DNA from: an uncultured Solirubrobacterales bacterium
Lineage (GTDB): Bacteria; Actinomycetota; Thermoleophilia; Solirubrobacterales; Solirubrobacteraceae
Assembly: GCA_963725165.1 (NCBI GenBank)
Contig: CAVRXK010000007.1
Location: 33,025 to 97,024 of the forward strand
Direction of reading: 5' to 3'
DNA: 64,000 bases
In this document: positions 10,606 to 21,112 of the stretch, one piece after another
Layout: the number at the start of each line of letters is the position of its first letter
How positions within the stretch are numbered: position 1 is the stretch's first letter
Position numbers and translations under genes: made by a program
The notes under the pieces: model-generated
Seen by the model: only the letters and a program-made list of their open reading frames with translations
Told to the model about the DNA's origin: nothing
Databases searched by the model: none

Positions 10606-12020
10606 CGCTGCGCGCGCGCATCGCGGCCGTAGCCGGGCTCGCGGTCGCACTCGCCGTGCTCGTCGCCGCCGTGAGCCTGTACCTGGCGGTGCGCTCGGAC
10701 CTGCGCGGCGAAGTCGACAAGTCGCTGAATCAGCGAGCGGCGGCGTTCATGCCTCAAGCCTCGGCAAACGGTGGTGGTAGGCCGGAATCGCTCGATGGCT
10801 TGCTCCCACCCAACGGGAGCGGGCCGCCTCCAGGCGGCGACAACGGCGACAGATTCCCCAGCAGGGTCGAGCCCGCGCCGCTCGGTGGGCCCTCCGGTTA
10901 CGTGCAGTTCGTCGCGCCCGATGACACGGTCCACGTGCCCGCCGGCCAGGGCTCGTCCACGACGATCCCGCTGAGCGCCACCGACAAGACGATCGCGCAC
11001 AGCGGCAAGGGACGCGTGCTCAGCGACCGCACCGTCAAAGGCACGCAGTTGCGCGTGCTCACGCTCGGCACCGGCGCCCGCGGTGCCGTGCTCGTCGCGC
11101 GGCCGCTCACCGAGGTCAACAACGAGCTCAGCCGGCTGCTGCTGATCCTTGCGATCGTCGGCGTCGTCGGGATCGCGCTCGCGGCGGCGCTCGGGGCGCT
11201 CGTCGCACGCGCCGCGCTCGCGCCGATCGCGCGCTTCACGCGGCGCACCGAGACGCTCGCCGGCAACCTCGAGGTCTCACAGCGCCTGCCCGACGGTGGT
11301 CGCGACGAGCTCGCACGGCTCGCCGGCAGCTTCAACGCCACACTCGACGCGCTCGAGCGCTCCGTCGAGGCGCAGCGCAACCTCGTCGCCGACGCCAGCC
11401 ACGAGCTGCGCACCCCGATCGCGAGTCTGCGCGCCAACATCCAGGTGCTCGCCGACGCCGAGCGGCTGCCCCCCGAGGACCAGGCGAGCCTGCGCGCGGA
11501 CATCGTCAGCGAGCTGGACGAGCTCACGCGACTCGTCGGTGACGTGGTAGAGCTCGCCCGTGGCAGCGAGCCCACGGGCGCGCTCCACGACGTGTCCTTG
11601 GATGAGATCGTGCGCGGCGCGGTGGCGCGTTCACAGCGACGCTCACAGGCGCCGTTTCAGGTGAACCTGGAGCCGACGATCATCCGGGGGGAAGCCGAGC
11701 GCATCGACCGCGCCGTCACCAACCTGCTCGACAACGCGCGCAAGTGGAGCCCCGCGGATCGGCCGATCGATGTCTCACTGCGCGACGGGGTGCTCACCGT
11801 TCGCGATCACGGCCCCGGTTTCGAGGAGGCCGATCTCCCCCACGTGTTCGAGCGCTTCTACCGCGCCGACCGAGCCCGCAAGCTGCCCGGCTCGGGGCTC
11901 GGGTTGGCGATCGTGCGCCAGGCCGCCGAGGCGCACGGTGGGTGGGTCACCGCGGAGAACGCGCACGGCGGAGGCGCCTGCGTACAGATCAGCTTCAGTG
12001 CTGTCGCAGATACGGCGTAG
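10602..12020 (+). CDS. HAMP-domain sensor histidine kinase (MprB-like)
   Basis: Two TM segments, HAMP, DASHELRTP, NLLDNA, DHGPG, GSGLGL. ATGA overlap with the regulator. Confidence 0.93.
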   Translation: MTLRARIAAVAGLAVALAVLVAAVSLYLAVRSDLRGEVDKSLNQRAAAFMPQASANGGGRPESLDGLLPPNGSGPPPGGDNGDRFPSRVEPAPLGGPSGYVQFVAPDDTVHVPAGQGSSTTIPLSATDKTIAHSGKGRVLSDRTVKGTQLRVLTLGTGARGAVLVARPLTEVNNELSRLLLILAIVGVVGIALAAALGALVARAALAPIARFTRRTETLAGNLEVSQRLPDGGRDELARLAGSFNATLDALERSVEAQRNLVADASHELRTPIASLRANIQVLADAERLPPEDQASLRADIVSELDELTRLVGDVVELARGSEPTGALHDVSLDEIVRGAVARSQRRSQAPFQVNLEPTIIRGEAERIDRAVTNLLDNARKWSPADRPIDVSLRDGVLTVRDHGPGFEEADLPHVFERFYRADRARKLPGSGLGLAIVRQAAEAHGGWVTAENAHGGGACVQISFSAVADTA

Positions 12021-12028
12021 AAGCAGGC

Positions 12029-12172
12029 CTATGCCGTAGCCGCGGGACCCTGCTGGTCATCGGAGCTGGGCGCGCGGTGGGTGCTCCACCAGCTCCAGCC
12101 GACGACGGCGAGCACCGGCACCGCGAACATCGCGGAGGCGTACCAGTGCATCATGCAGGCAAGTACAGTCAT
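12029..12172 (-). CDS. Small single-TM hypothetical protein
   Basis: MMHWY..FAVPVLAVVGWSWW; lies downstream of the 12242-14460 operon on the same strand. Confidence 0.35.
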   Translation of the reverse strand: MTVLACMMHWYASAMFAVPVLAVVGWSWWSTHRAPSSDDQQGPAATA

Positions 12173-12241
12173 CGGCCCGCAAAATATCACGCTCACTGGC
12201 TGGCGGCGCACCCAACCAGGGTCACGGATCCCCGCGGCCGG

Positions 12242-13031
12242 CTACCACGCTTCGCCGCCCGCCGAGGACTGGTCACCGCCATCGGCCGAGCGTGCACGGC
12301 GACGGCGTACGAACACGACGAACCCGAGCGCGAGCGCGATCAGCACGACGAACACCGCGATTGCGGCGGTGGAGGCTTTGGAGCTCTCTGGCACCCAGTA
12401 CAAAGCGCCGTCGATCGCCCCCTTTTGCGTGCCCACCGTGATCGGGACGCTCCAGTCGAAAATGAACGTGCGCTTGCTCTTGTCCTTGACCTCGGGGGGC
12501 GTCACAGGGCTCATGTAATGGATTCGATGGTCGTGCCATTCGAATTGACCGGTGCGATCCACCACCACCCACTTGGGGGGGTCGTTTGCGTTTGCCGAAG
12601 CGGGGACGCTCACATCGGCATAGAAGTTGGTGTTGAGATACACCGCCGGTGAGCGCATATTCTCTTCCGCGGCGCCGTCGGGCCGCACGCGTGCGTAGGG
12701 TTCGCCCGAGTAGCCGTAGATCGTGACCGTCTTGCCGGTGTTGTTGCGCAGCAGCAGCCGGTCGGCGAACTCCAGCACTTCCAGGCTCAACCCCCGTACT
12801 TTGGGGGTCACAGACGTTATGTAGGTGCGGTAGTCGTAGTTGCTGCCCTGGTCTTCGATCGGACTGCCGCTCTCGGTGACCGTGGGCTGCTGGAGAGGCT
12901 GCTGGGTGGCCGGTCGACCAGTCGCCGGGGCATCCGCCGCGGACGCGGTGGCCGCGGTTGCGGGCGGCGCGGCGCCGAAGGACGCCAAGGCAAGCGCACG
13001 AGAGCGCGAGCGGAATCCGAGCCGCCCTCAT
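12242..13031 (-). CDS. Exported, C-terminally anchored hypothetical protein with WHDHR motif
   Basis: Signal-like N-terminus (frameshifted), YSGEPYARV, NMRSPAVYLN, FEWHDHRIHYM and a C-terminal TM with basic tail. Confidence 0.65.
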
Positions 13032-14460
13032 GTCCCCACCGCCGAGAGCAGCCATAGCCCGAAGCTCGTGAACGCGACCATCACCGCGAGCATCCAGTAC
13101 TGCGAGCGCACCGCCTCCTCGGGGTTGCGATAGATGCTGAGCGAGCGGTCGTGCGCGAGCGCGAGGCCCCCCACGTGGCCTGAGACGAGTGCCACTACCT
13201 GCACGTACCAGATCGCCGCGTAGGAGATGATCGTGTAGTCGATCTCATAGCTGTTGGTGCCAAACAGGTTGGTGCCGTTGCCGAGCGGATCGGAGGCGAG
13301 ATAGCCGATCGCCTGACCTTGCCAGATCAGCAGCGAGAAATAGTGCGCGAGCACGTACGCGAAGCCGATCGGCACGAGCGTGTGAGCGAACACGTGGGCG
13401 AGTCGATCCCTCCCGTAGCGCGGACTGACGCTGTGCACGCCGATGATCCCGAGCCGGTAAATGCCCGCGACGAGCAGCACGCACAGCACGAGCCCAACCG
13501 AGTAGGCGAGCTCGAGCGCCGGGATGTGGTTGAAGCCGAGATCGGCGAACACGCTCTGCAGGCTCGGCTCGTTATCGCGCCACACACCTCCGTTTGAGAA
13601 ACCGTCGAAGGTGGTTGTGCCGATCACCGCGCAAACGAGTCCCACCGTGCCGTTGATCACCGGCATGTCCGCCAGGCCGCTCAACAGCCGGCGCGAGTAG
13701 ACCACACCGTTCTCGTCCTGGCACAGTGGGGCGATCCGCGAGAACAGGCTGAAGTATGCGCCAAACGCATCCGCGCGCTCCTCCCACGCCTCCACGCCGA
13801 ACAACCCCATCCCGGCGAGCATCGTCAGAAAGTACGCGAGCGATAGCGCCGCTAGAGTCGATGGCTGGTCGCGATCGGGCACCACGTACACGAGCTCCAT
13901 CCACGCGAATCCGACCAGCCCGGCGACCGCGGGCCACATGCCGAGCTTCTCTGGATAGCGCAGCGGCGCGCGTGCAAACGCACGCGGCGCCACGCGCCGG
14001 CCGGCCCATCTGATGGCGCGCGCACACGAGCGCCACGGGCTCAACGCGCGGAACACATCTCCGCACACAGCGCTCGCCAGTGGCGTGCCGACCCAGAACA
14101 CCACGTAGATGAAGGTCGGGGTGAAGTTCACTGACCAAATCTGGGTTCCGTCAAAGCCGCTGTACAGCACGAGCACGAACAGTCCCATCCCAAAAGGCTC
14201 GCCAGCCGCGCAGCGACCGCCGGCATCTTGAACAGCCGTTTGCGGTGCTCGGTTTGCAGTTGCGGGCTTCGCCACATCGTGGAGAGCGCCACGAAGGAGA
14301 CGACCAGCACGATCGCCGCGGTCCAGCTGAACAGCCACACGGGGATCGGCAGGTCGGCCTTGCCGACGATCCCGTGCGCCGAGGCGCCGGCGGGAAACAG
14401 CAGCGCCGCCAAGCCAAGGCCGCCGAGGGTGCACGGCAGCAGACGACGCGGTGTGATCAT
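13028..14460 (-). CDS. Polytopic membrane protein ('fenitrothion hydrolase' FedB-like annotation family), frameshifted near 14190
   Basis: ASAHGIVGKADLPIP, GTTTFDG, LVPIGFAYVLAHYFS, SDPLGNG, GHVGGLALAHD, SQYWMLAVMVAFT. Confidence 0.7.
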
Positions 14461-14474
14461 GCGCGCGCCAGTGT

Positions 14475-15305
14475 ATGCGAGGCTTGTGGCCTGTGATTGC
14501 ACTTGCCACGTCGACCAGCGCGGCCGGGGCGCTCAGCGAGCTCATTCCGCTGGCTCTGCTGGGCATCGCCTACGCCAAGCGGGCACACACGCTCGGGCTC
14601 CGACGCCGGCCCGTGCCCGGCTGGCGCCAGGTGTGCTTCTACGGCGGACTCGCCACGATCGCCCTCACGCTCACCGCCCTCGCCGGGGCGAGCCAGGAAC
14701 TGGTGACGGCGCATATGGCCCAAGAGCTGCTGCTCGGCGACATCGCGGCGCTGCTGCTCGTGCTCGGCCTCACCGGTCCGCTGATCGCGCCGATCCTGCG
14801 CGTAAAATTGTTCGACCGTCTGCGCGTGCTCGCCCATCCACTGATCGCGTTTCCGCTGTGGGCGATCAACCTGTACGCATGGCACCTGCGGATCTTCTAC
14901 GAATCGGCGCTGGATCACCCCGGTGTGCACGCACTCGAGCACGTCATGTTGCTCGGGTTCGGGATCAACATGTGGATGTGCCTGGTCGGGCCGCTGCCGA
15001 TGCCCCGCTGGTTCGGTAACGGGGCGAAGCTCGCCTACGTGGTCGCTGTACGTGTTACCGGTGCGGTGCTCGCCAACCTGTTCCTGTGGTCGGGCAACCT
15101 GTTCTACGCGCACTACACCAGCGGCGACGCCGCCCGGCATATCTCCCCGATCGCCGATCAGAACATCGCGGGCGCGGTGATGATGGTCGAGCAGAGCGCG
15201 CTCACACTCGGCCTGCTCTACTGGTTGTTCCTGCGCAGCTCCCGTCAAGGGGAGCAAGCTCGCGAGCAGCTCGACCTGGCACACTCGCACACGGTCTGGC
15301 GCTGA
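14475..15305 (+). CDS. ctaG: Cytochrome c oxidase assembly factor CtaG (Caa3_CtaG family)
   Basis: AHMAQELLL, YAWHL..YESAL, HALEH, DQNIAGAVM. Confidence 0.8.
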   Translation: MRGLWPVIALATSTSAAGALSELIPLALLGIAYAKRAHTLGLRRRPVPGWRQVCFYGGLATIALTLTALAGASQELVTAHMAQELLLGDIAALLLVLGLTGPLIAPILRVKLFDRLRVLAHPLIAFPLWAINLYAWHLRIFYESALDHPGVHALEHVMLLGFGINMWMCLVGPLPMPRWFGNGAKLAYVVAVRVTGAVLANLFLWSGNLFYAHYTSGDAARHISPIADQNIAGAVMMVEQSALTLGLLYWLFLRSSRQGEQAREQLDLAHSHTVWR

Positions 15306-15308
15306 GGT

Positions 15309-15980
15309 TCAGCTCGACGCCAGCAGCGGCACGTCGTGCGCGATTTCCTTCGGCGCGAAGCTCGCTTCATAGACCGTCGTCAGCTTGCCGCTCGCGTCGA
15401 TCCCGTACACGATCGCGGTGTGGTTGATGAACTGCGGCTGTTCGAGGTCCTGGGCGGAGCCCACGTGCCAAGCTTTCCACACGGGCGCAAGTTCGTGTGC
15501 GGAGCCGATCAGGTACTTCATGCGACCGGTCATCCCGTGGCGTGCGAGAAACGCAGCGACCGTCTTGGGCGTGTCGCCGCGCGGGTCCACCGACACGGCG
15601 ATCACCTGCGCCTTCGCGGACTCGGAGGGACCCATCATTTCCTGAGCGACACGCAGGTTGGAGGCGATCAGCGGACACACGTCGGGACAATGGGTGTAGA
15701 GGAACGTCACGAGCACAGCTTTGCCGCGGTACTGGTCGAGGTTGACCCGTTCGCCGTTGTAGTTGTGCAGCGACAGCGCCGGCGTCGGCTGGGGGGGCGT
15801 GACCGCAGAGCCGTCGTAGCCGGGGGCTTTCGTGCGGTGCGGAGCGCCGCTGGTGGTCAACAGCGCGACTCCACCCGCGATCACGACGATCACGAGCAAC
15901 GCGAGTATCAAGCGCGGGCTCAAGCCGCCACCCGCCGGCGGCTCGGAGGACTGCGCCGTCGCTGACTGCCGTGCTGTCAT
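15309..15980 (-). CDS. SCO1/SenC-family copper chaperone
   Basis: N-terminal TM, FLYTHCPDVCP (CxxxC), SVDPRGDT and conserved His (INHT). Confidence 0.9.
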   Translation of the reverse strand: MTARQSATAQSSEPPAGGGLSPRLILALLVIVVIAGGVALLTTSGAPHRTKAPGYDGSAVTPPQPTPALSLHNYNGERVNLDQYRGKAVLVTFLYTHCPDVCPLIASNLRVAQEMMGPSESAKAQVIAVSVDPRGDTPKTVAAFLARHGMTGRMKYLIGSAHELAPVWKAWHVGSAQDLEQPQFINHTAIVYGIDASGKLTTVYEASFAPKEIAHDVPLLASS

Positions 15981-16015
15981 TATCTGGCGAAACTAGCATC
16001 ACTGGAGGGAGCGAC

Positions 16016-16684
16016 ATGCACGTTGAGTGGTTCGGACAGTCCGCCTTTGCCTTGAGCGCGCCAGACGCGAGCGTGTTCATCGACCCCTTTGGCGATCTCT
16101 CGCCGCTGGCCGAGCGCGGAATGCGGTTCGACTACCCCGCGATCGAGACGGGAGAGGTCGATCTGCTGCTGGTCACCCACGAGCATCTGGACCACAACGG
16201 GGTCGAGGCGATCCCCGGCGAGCCGACCACCCTGCGCTCCACCGCGGGCCGGCTGGAGTCGCCGATCGGCGAGGTGCTGGCAATCGCATCCGAGCACGAC
16301 GAGCAGGCCGGCACCGAGCGCGGCCCCAACACGATCTTCGTGTTCACACTCGGCGGGGTGCGCGTCGCGCACTTCGGCGACTTCGGCCAGAGCGAGCTGC
16401 GCGATGAGCAGGCGGCGGCGATCGGCGAGGTCGACCTGCTGATCCTGCCGGTCGGCGGCGGACCCACGATCGGCGCGGGCGGCGCGGGCGCGATCGTGGA
16501 GCGGCTGCGGCCGAAATGGGTTGTGCCGATGCACTACCGCACACCGAAGATCGGCTTCCTGGAGGACGCCGAGGAGTTCCTCGCGCTGATGGACCGCGTC
16601 GAGCGCCTGGAGACCCCGAGCTTTGAGACCGGCGAGCTGCCGGCCGGCGATGGGCCGGTCGTGGTTGTACCCGCGGCTCCCTAG
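16016..16684 (+). CDS. MBL-fold metallo-hydrolase
   Basis: VTHEHLDHN, AHFGDFG, LPVGGGPT, VPMHY. Confidence 0.88.
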   Translation: MHVEWFGQSAFALSAPDASVFIDPFGDLSPLAERGMRFDYPAIETGEVDLLLVTHEHLDHNGVEAIPGEPTTLRSTAGRLESPIGEVLAIASEHDEQAGTERGPNTIFVFTLGGVRVAHFGDFGQSELRDEQAAAIGEVDLLILPVGGGPTIGAGGAGAIVERLRPKWVVPMHYRTPKIGFLEDAEEFLALMDRVERLETPSFETGELPAGDGPVVVVPAAP

Positions 16685-16775
16685 CGCGAGAGCCGATCGT
16701 CGCGAATCCCACGGCGCGGGGTGTAGCCGCTCGCGCCGGGGCCGACGTGCGGCGATCCGCCAGGATGCACGGTGG

Positions 16776-18592
16776 ATGTCCACGTCTCGCAATCTCCTCA
16801 ACCTGAAGGAAGTCGACAAGGGCTACGGCAGCCGCTCGGTGCTGCGCGAGATCACGCTCGGCGTCTCAGCCGGCGAGCGCATCGGCGTGGTGGGGCAGAA
16901 CGGTGGCGGCAAGTCCACGCTGCTGCGTCTGATCGCGGGTGCGGAGGAGCCAGACGCGGGTCTGGTGACGCGTGCCGGGAGATGTCGGCGTGGCGCTGCT
17001 CGGACAGCAGGACACGCTGGGCGAGCACGCCGGTATCCGTGAGGCGCTGGTCGGAGGGCGCGCCGATCACGAATGGGCCGCCGACAGGGCGTTTCGGGAC
17101 GTGCTCGACGGCCTCTTGGGAGGCGTGGAGCTGCGGCGCTTCACCGCCGGGCATGGACACCCCGATCGACGGGCTATCCGGCGGTGAGCGCCGGCGCGTG
17201 GCGCTCGCGCGCTTGCTGCTGGACCCACCTGAGCTGTTGCTGCTCGACGAGCCCACCAACCATCTGGACGTGGAAGGCGTCGATTGGCTCGCTCGGCACC
17301 TGGCGGCGCGGCGCGGCTCGATGCTCGTGGTCACGCACGACCGCTGGTTCCTGGACGCCGTGTGCACCGCCACCTGGGAGGTGACCGACGGCGCGGTCCA
17401 CCAATACGAGGGTGGCTACGCCGCGTACGTGCTCGCCCGCGCCGAGCGCGACCGCCAGGAGAGCGCGACGAGAAAGCAGACGCCAACAGCTGCTGCGCAA
17501 GGAGCTGGCCTGGCTGCGACGTGGACCGCCGGCGCGCACCACCAAGCCGAAGTTCCGCATCGAGGCCGCCAACGCGCTGATCGCCGACGAGCCCGAAGCC
17601 GAGAGACCGCGCCGAGCTGCTGCGCTTTGCCGGCTCGCGGCTGGGCGACAAGGTGCTCGACGCCGTGGAGGTATCGCTCACGCTCGGCGCACGCGAGGTG
17701 CTGCACGAGTTGACCTGGCGACTGGGCCCAGGCGACCGCGTAGCGCTGGTGGGAGTCAATGGCTCTGGCAAGACGTCGCTCGTGCGGCTGCTCGCCGGCG
17801 AGATCGAGCCAAGCGCCGGGCGCATCGAGCGCGGGGCGACCGTGCGGCTTGCGCACCTCTCCCAGGACACCGTGGAGATCCCCGGACACCTGCGCGTGCT
17901 CGAGTCCCTGGAGGAGGTCCGCGGTCACGCCACGCTCAGCGACGGGCGCGAGATCACCGCGAGCCTGTTGTGCGACCGTTTCGGCTTTCGCGGCGAGAAG
18001 GCGCGCACGCTGGTGCGCGAGCTCTCCGGCGGGGAGCGCCGCCGGCTCGGACTGATGCGCCTGCTGATGGCCGGACCCAACGTGCTGCTCCTGGACGAGC
18101 CCACCAACGATCTCGACATCGACACGCTCACGGCACTCGAGGACCTGCTCGACGGCTGGCCTGGGACGCTCGTGGTCGTGAGCCACGATCGGTACTTCGT
18201 GGAGCGGGTGTGCGAAAACGTGCACGCGCTCACCAGCCGCCGGTGGGATTCGCCACCTGCCAGGCGGGATCGAGCAGTATCTGCGGGAGCGCCCCGACAT
18301 GGAGAACCAACGCCCTGGCACCAAGGAGAACCTCGCCCTCAGAGCAAAGCCAGGCCTGTCTCCTGGAGCAGCGGCGCGAGCAGCGCGCAAGGAAGCTCAA
18401 GGCACTCAGCAGGAGGTCAGGCGTCTGGAGCGCGAGATCGACAGGCTGGCACGGCGAGAGACAACGCTGCACGAGCAGATGACCGCGAGCGCCACCGACC
18501 ACGGTCGCCTCGCCGAGCTGCAGACCGAGCTGGAACAGGTTGTCGAAGAGCGCGAACGGGTTGAGACAAGTTGGCTTGAAGCATCTGAATAG
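16776..18592 (+). CDS. ABC-F family ATP-binding protein (Uup-like), several frameshifts
   Basis: Two ABC cassettes ([22 protein letters not shown] and [22 protein letters not shown]), linker [20 protein letters not shown] and a C-terminal coiled coil. Confidence 0.9.
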
Positions 18593-18610
18593 CTCGCGGG
18601 TCCTCCCCTG

Positions 18611-19552
18611 TTGGGAGCCCACCGACATACACTCTGCTTCCGTGGATCTGTGGATACCCGATCGAGCGGGTCGCGACGCGGTTGGGGAGCTGCCGAAGGG
18701 GGAGTCACGCTGGGACTGATCGCCTCCGACGGCGAGCCACTGGAGGCGATCCTCCAAGCGGAGTTTCTGGTGCCTGGCTCGGACGATCCCCGCGTGCTCG
18801 ACCTGCTTGGGCGGATGGACTCGCTGCGCGTGATCCAGACCCTTTCAGCGGGAGTCGACTGGCTGCTCGGAAAGGTGCCCGCGGGTGTGACGCTGTGCGA
18901 CGCGGGCGGAACCCGCGACGTGGCGGTCGCCGAATGGGTGCTTGCCGGGATTCTCGCCTCCACCAAGACGCTCGGCGAGCTGCGCGATCGTCAGCGCGCG
19001 CACGACTGGGAGTGGAGCCAGACGCGCGAGCTTGCCGGCAGCAGCGTGATGATCCTCGGATACGGCTCGATCGGCGCAGCCGTAGAGGCGAGACTTGCCC
19101 CCTTTGACGTGGAGCTGATCCGCGTCGCGCGCCACGCCCGCGCGGGGGTGCACTCGGTGGATGATCTGCGCGCGCTGTTGCCCCGAGCCGACGTCGTGGT
19201 AGTGCTGCTGCCGCTCACACCCGCCACGAACGGGTTGCTCGACGCTGACCTGCTTGGGAATATGCGTCCGGGCGCACTGCTCGTGAACGCCGCCCGCGGG
19301 GCGATCGTGGACACCGATGCGCTGCTGCAGCTGTTGCAAGCGGAACGTTTGAGGGCGGCGCTGGACGTGACCGATCCCGAGCCATTGCCGGCCGGGCATC
19401 CACTCTGGGACGCGCCGGGGGTGCTGATCACCCCTCACCTTGCCGGCGACACCATCGCGGCCGAGCAACGCGCGTTTGCGCTCGTCGGTGAGCAGGTGCG
19501 TCGCTACGCGCGCGGTGAGCCGCTGGTGAACGTCGTCGAGAACGGCTACTAG
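18611..19552 (+). CDS. D-2-hydroxyacid dehydrogenase
   Basis: ILGYGSIG, VNAARG, LDVTDPEP, ITPHLAG. Confidence 0.88.
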   Translation: MGAHRHTLCFRGSVDTRSSGSRRGWGAAEGGVTLGLIASDGEPLEAILQAEFLVPGSDDPRVLDLLGRMDSLRVIQTLSAGVDWLLGKVPAGVTLCDAGGTRDVAVAEWVLAGILASTKTLGELRDRQRAHDWEWSQTRELAGSSVMILGYGSIGAAVEARLAPFDVELIRVARHARAGVHSVDDLRALLPRADVVVVLLPLTPATNGLLDADLLGNMRPGALLVNAARGAIVDTDALLQLLQAERLRAALDVTDPEPLPAGHPLWDAPGVLITPHLAGDTIAAEQRAFALVGEQVRRYARGEPLVNVVENGY

Positions 19553-20430
19553 CTTGGGTTACCGGCGAGGCCACCCAACTCGGCGCTGGTCAACTGCCGC
19601 CTGTAGGGGCCACGCCCGGTGAAGCAAACGGCGCCGCAGCGTGCGGCCAGAGCCAGCGCGTCGGGCACCGACAGGCCCGCGCCCAAACCGTAGGTGAGCC
19701 CCGCGGCAAACGAGTCGCCACAGCCATAGGAGTCGCCGCGGCCGCCGGACGCCGTGGCGGGCGGGACCGCCGGATCCCATCTTCCCGATACGCCGTCGCG
19801 CTGCCTGTAGGCGCCGCCGTGCGCGCCTTCTGTGGATACGACCAGCCGTGCCTCCTCGCGCGCACGCACGGCCTCGCGGCGCTCGATCTCATCGTCTGCG
19901 CTGAGCACGAGCGCGTCCAGCTCGACACCGTGGGCGAGCGCGTCGAGGGCGCGCGGACTGCTGACGAGCTCGCGTGCGGCGCGAGCGGCGCGCAGGGCGC
20001 CCACATCCCCGGCGGTGAAGTAGACGGCGTCCATCTCCGCGAGCAAGCCCCATGGGATCTCCGCGTCTTCGAGCTTCGGCTCGAGGCGTGAGCCGAAGGT
20101 CGTGATCGTGCGCTCGCCCTCGTCATCTACGAGCGTCACCGCGGTGCGGGTGGGCGCGGTCCGTCGCGCCGCCCACACATGAACTCCAAGCTCCTCCAGG
20201 CGCGCCACCGCACGAGTGCCGTGCTCGTCTTCGCCCAGGGCCGTCACGAGCACAGCCTCGCCGGCCAGGCGAGCGAGCTGCACCGCCGCGACCGCTCCAC
20301 CCCCGGCGGGCTCCTCGAAGGGATCGTGCGCGTGCATCACCTCGCCGGCGCGCGGCACGTGAGGCACACGCGCGAAGCGCACCCACTCGACATGACCCAC
20401 AACCGCCATCTTCGGTGCGCTCGGATTCAC
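19549..20430 (-). CDS. PfkB-family carbohydrate kinase (ribokinase-like)
   Basis: VVGHVEW, AGGGAVAAVQLARL, DSYGCGDSFAAG. Confidence 0.85.
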   Translation of the reverse strand: MNPSAPKMAVVGHVEWVRFARVPHVPRAGEVMHAHDPFEEPAGGGAVAAVQLARLAGEAVLVTALGEDEHGTRAVARLEELGVHVWAARRTAPTRTAVTLVDDEGERTITTFGSRLEPKLEDAEIPWGLLAEMDAVYFTAGDVGALRAARAARELVSSPRALDALAHGVELDALVLSADDEIERREAVRAREEARLVVSTEGAHGGAYRQRDGVSGRWDPAVPPATASGGRGDSYGCGDSFAAGLTYGLGAGLSVPDALALAARCGAVCFTGRGPYRRQLTSAELGGLAGNPS

Positions 20431-20493
20431 CGGCGCAGTGTCACACACTCACGGACGCACTGGACTCCGTGAGCGCGATCGGGTTCGATGACT

Positions 20494-20589
20494 GCCACTT
20501 GCGCATGTTGGGTATCTCAGTGGCACACATGCCGAATATCTCACGGGCAAGCATGAGGTTGGGGCAAAATACGACCATGCTGTGCCGCT
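20494..20589. repeat. Four 24-bp units with central CATG (non-palindromic)
   Basis: CATG at 20504, 20528, 20552 and 20576, an exact 24-bp period. Confidence 0.65.
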
Positions 20590-20647
20590 ACATGGGCCCC
20601 CTATGGGTCGATGAGCTGGTCTCCAGCGTCAATGAAAGGACACACCA

Positions 20648-21049
20648 ATGATCCTTGCAACCAGCTATCCGTTCCTGGAAGTTTTCTGGACGATGCTGAT
20701 CTTCTTTGCGTTCATCGTATGGATCTGGATCCTGATCACCGTCCTGGCCGACATCTTCCGTCGCCATGACACCTCTGGTTTTGCAAAGGTCGCGTGGATC
20801 ATCTTCATAATCGTGCTGCCGTACCTGGGCGTGTTTGTGTATTTGATTGCCGAGCACAAGGGGATGACCGAGCGCGCCGTCAAGCATCAACACGACGCCC
20901 AGTCGCAATTCGACCAGTACGTCCAATCTGTTGCCGTCAAGGGCGACCCGACCGAGCAGATCGCCAAAGCCAAGCAGATGCTCGACAGCGGAACGATCAC
21001 GCAGGCCGAGTTCGAGCAGATCAAGCAGAAGGCACTCGCCGCGGCGTAG
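20648..21049 (+). CDS. PLDc_N + SHOCT domain membrane protein
   Basis: DIFRRHDTSGFAKVAW..PYLGVFVYLIA and C-terminal IAKAKQMLDSGTITQAEFEQIK. Confidence 0.88.
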   Translation: MILATSYPFLEVFWTMLIFFAFIVWIWILITVLADIFRRHDTSGFAKVAWIIFIIVLPYLGVFVYLIAEHKGMTERAVKHQHDAQSQFDQYVQSVAVKGDPTEQIAKAKQMLDSGTITQAEFEQIKQKALAAA

Positions 21050-21069
21050 AGGCTCACAGTCAAACGCCG

Positions 21070-21112
21070 GTCCGGCGGTTCAAGCTAAGACGCGCGGCTT
21101 GAACCGCCGGAC
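21070..21112. terminator. Perfect 16-bp stem hairpin at a convergent gene junction
   Basis: GTCCGGCGGTTCAAGC-N11-GCTTGAACCGCCGGAC. Confidence 0.55.
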
